Assembly: GCA_963795085.1 (NCBI GenBank)
Contig: CAWCFX010000001.1
Coordinates: 1,280,001-1,344,000, forward strand
DNA length: 64,000 nt
Direction: 5' to 3'
From: an uncultured Gemmatimonadales bacterium
Lineage (GTDB): Bacteria > Gemmatimonadota > Gemmatimonadetes > Gemmatimonadales > GWC2-71-9
Shown: positions 62,404-64,000 of the stretch, in pieces
How the letters are laid out: every line of letters begins with the position of its first letter
Numbering within the stretch: position 1 is the stretch's first letter
The notes under the pieces: generated by a model
Seen by the model: only the letters and a program-made list of their open reading frames with translations
Told to the model about the DNA's origin: nothing
The model's database searches: none
Position numbers and translations under genes: made by a program

Positions 62404-62789
62404 CAGGCCAGGCTCTTCCGGATTTCGCCCACCCGCGTCCGGACCAGCCGCTTGACCAATGCCGAGGGAAGCGGCCGGTCCAGGGGAAACCGGACCGTCC
62501 CCTTGGACATGGAATACGGCTTGAGCTCTGCCGCGTGGGCGCGCCGGACAGCGGCGCCCAGGGGATAGAGGCTGCAGTGGTTCTTCCAGGCGGCATACCA
62601 GACCAGGACCTTCCCGTCCAGCCGGAACGCGGGGATGCCATAGCTGAACGCCTCCTCCGCGCTGGGCGCGGCCGCCCGGATCGCGAGCCTGACCTGCCGC
62701 AGCATCCGACGGGCGGGAAGCGGCAGGCCAGCGAGATAATCGCGCACGAGGGCGGCGGGGGTGGCCCGCCGAGCCTTGCTGCTCGCCAT
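62403..62789 (-). CDS. DUF1801 / YdhG-like protein
   Basis: [51 protein letters not shown]. Confidence 0.85.
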   Translation of the reverse strand: MASSKARRATPAALVRDYLAGLPLPARRMLRQVRLAIRAAAPSAEEAFSYGIPAFRLDGKVLVWYAAWKNHCSLYPLGAAVRRAHAAELKPYSMSKGTVRFPLDRPLPSALVKRLVRTRVGEIRKSLA

Positions 62790-62909
62790 GGATGGAGTCA
62801 CCGGTTGGGGGGAGCCGGAAATCAATGAGTAATCAAATTACGGTAGTGCCGTCGTGATGCCAATCGCGGGTGGGGTGTTCAGGCTGGAGGGGTAGGCGTG
62901 ACGGCGGCC

Positions 62910-63869
62910 TCAGGGCAGATCGACCCAGTTCTCGACAGTCCCGGGGTCGGTGAACGATTCCCCCGAGCATTGCAGTGGACTGGCATCCCGGTCGGCACGG
63001 GAAATAAGGAAAGAGTCGCGGGTGACGACGCCCAGGCCCGCATACCCGGCGAATACCGAGTCCGCCATCGCCTCGAAGTAAGAGACCAGGCGATAGCCGT
63101 TCTCCTGGCTGCGAAAGCGGATGGCGACGTCGGACAGCGTCTGGGAGCCGATGTGGGCGCCGAGGGTGTCGCCGGCATTGACCGCTTGGCCGACGGCCAG
63201 GCCGGAGACAGGGTTGACGTGGAAGATGATCACGGTGGCCGCGGGATACCCGGCCGGGACGATCTGGACCTGGGTCCCGAACGTCATCTCCGCCTGGAGT
63301 GACACGATCCGGCCGGCCACCGGCGAGCGGATGGCCAGCGCGCTCCAGTCCACGTTGGACCGGGGCTGGAAATAGTGCTTCATGCTGCGGCAGGACTCGA
63401 CCCCGTCGGAGTAATCGTGCCCGAAGCCGGAGCGAAACCGGGAGATCCGGGCCAGGACGGTGTGATCGATATAGTCCCGGGCGATGAACCGCGGTACCCC
63501 GAGGACATCCGGGTCCCAGGTGGCAATGACGGTGATCGTCACCGAGTCGCTGCGGCCGTCCACCGAGGCGACGATGCGGGTGGTACCCTCGCCCGTGCCC
63601 GACACCAGGCCACCCGGCGAAACGGTCGCAACACCCACGTTACGGGATACCCAGGTGACCACGGCGCCGGTAACCGGATCGTTCGCCGCGTCCCGGATTT
63701 CGGCCGCGACCTGTAGCGTGCCGTCGAGTTGGATCGTGGCATATGCCGGGGTGAGCAGTACCGACGCTACTGGGGGCAGGGCAGGCTGGGTCGTGCTCTC
63801 CCCGCCGGCGCAGGCGAGCAGCGCGACGAGGAGACCAGCCGGATGGCGGAACCGCCAGGAGAGGCGCAT
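62910..63869 (-). CDS. Lipoprotein with Ig-like (Big_2) domain and M23/Duplicated-hybrid-like C-terminal domain
   Basis: Lipobox LLAC; VASVLLTP...VTWVSRNVGVATVSPGGLVSG; ISRFRSGFGHDYSD, SPVAGRI, IFHV...VGQAVNAGDTLG. Confidence 0.7.
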   Translation of the reverse strand: MRLSWRFRHPAGLLVALLACAGGESTTQPALPPVASVLLTPAYATIQLDGTLQVAAEIRDAANDPVTGAVVTWVSRNVGVATVSPGGLVSGTGEGTTRIVASVDGRSDSVTITVIATWDPDVLGVPRFIARDYIDHTVLARISRFRSGFGHDYSDGVESCRSMKHYFQPRSNVDWSALAIRSPVAGRIVSLQAEMTFGTQVQIVPAGYPAATVIIFHVNPVSGLAVGQAVNAGDTLGAHIGSQTLSDVAIRFRSQENGYRLVSYFEAMADSVFAGYAGLGVVTRDSFLISRADRDASPLQCSGESFTDPGTVENWVDLP

Positions 63870-63916
63870 GCGGCCCAGTATCGGACGGGGGAGGGGGAAC
63901 TAAAGCACGACCCGGG

Positions 63917-64000
63917 TCAGCGGCCTCCTGGAAGGAACTCGGCCGGGATCGGGAGGCCCTCGCGCTCGCCGGCCCACTGGGCGTAGGTGATCCACCAGCG
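63917..64000 (-). CDS. C-terminal fragment of a gene extending beyond the window (possibly NTF2-like)
   Basis: Own translation: RWWITYAQWAGEREGLPIPAEFLPGGR*. Confidence 0.5.
   Translation of the reverse strand, partial: RWWITYAQWAGEREGLPIPAEFLPGGR

Noticed and set aside
47678..64000. Integron cassette array
   Set aside because: No RYYYAAC...GTTRRRY attC structures seen, many genes overlap by 1-4 bp, and there is no integrase.

Overview
High-GC bacterial chromosomal segment. The gene repertoire (SusC/SusD pair, Ig-like lipoproteins, many secreted hypotheticals) suggests Gemmatimonadota, but this is inference only. From left to right: (1) a glycogen/trehalose cluster (glgB 3' end, treZ, treY, treS-maltokinase fusion); (2) a two-domain multicopper oxidase and a surface-polysaccharide block (GMC oxidoreductase, GT2, AlkP-family enzyme, wzt/wzm); (3) iorAB-like molybdoenzyme, nhaA and an SDR; (4) a ~27 kb polysaccharide utilisation locus (PUL, 21.0-47.6 kb). 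One SusCD pair sits with an alpha-glucan set (three GH13 amylases, GH97, MFS maltose permease, CBM20-esterase-GH13 fusion) and a probable beta-galactoside set (GH2, clan GH-A/GH147-like enzyme, Na+/sugar symporter). Embedded in the PUL is a two-gene module: a YbjN/T3SS-chaperone-like protein and a ClpN-like-SpoVK/CbbX AAA+ ATPase ending in RIGF. (5) About 16 kb of co-oriented minus-strand accessory genes. GH2 and the GH147-like gene each carry two +1 frameshifts in short homopolymers, probably read errors. Nested REP-like inverted repeats lie at 27.3-27.7 kb and 34.4-34.7 kb. I found no rRNA, tRNA, CRISPR array, transposase or integrase. All family assignments come from motif recognition by eye, not database searches.
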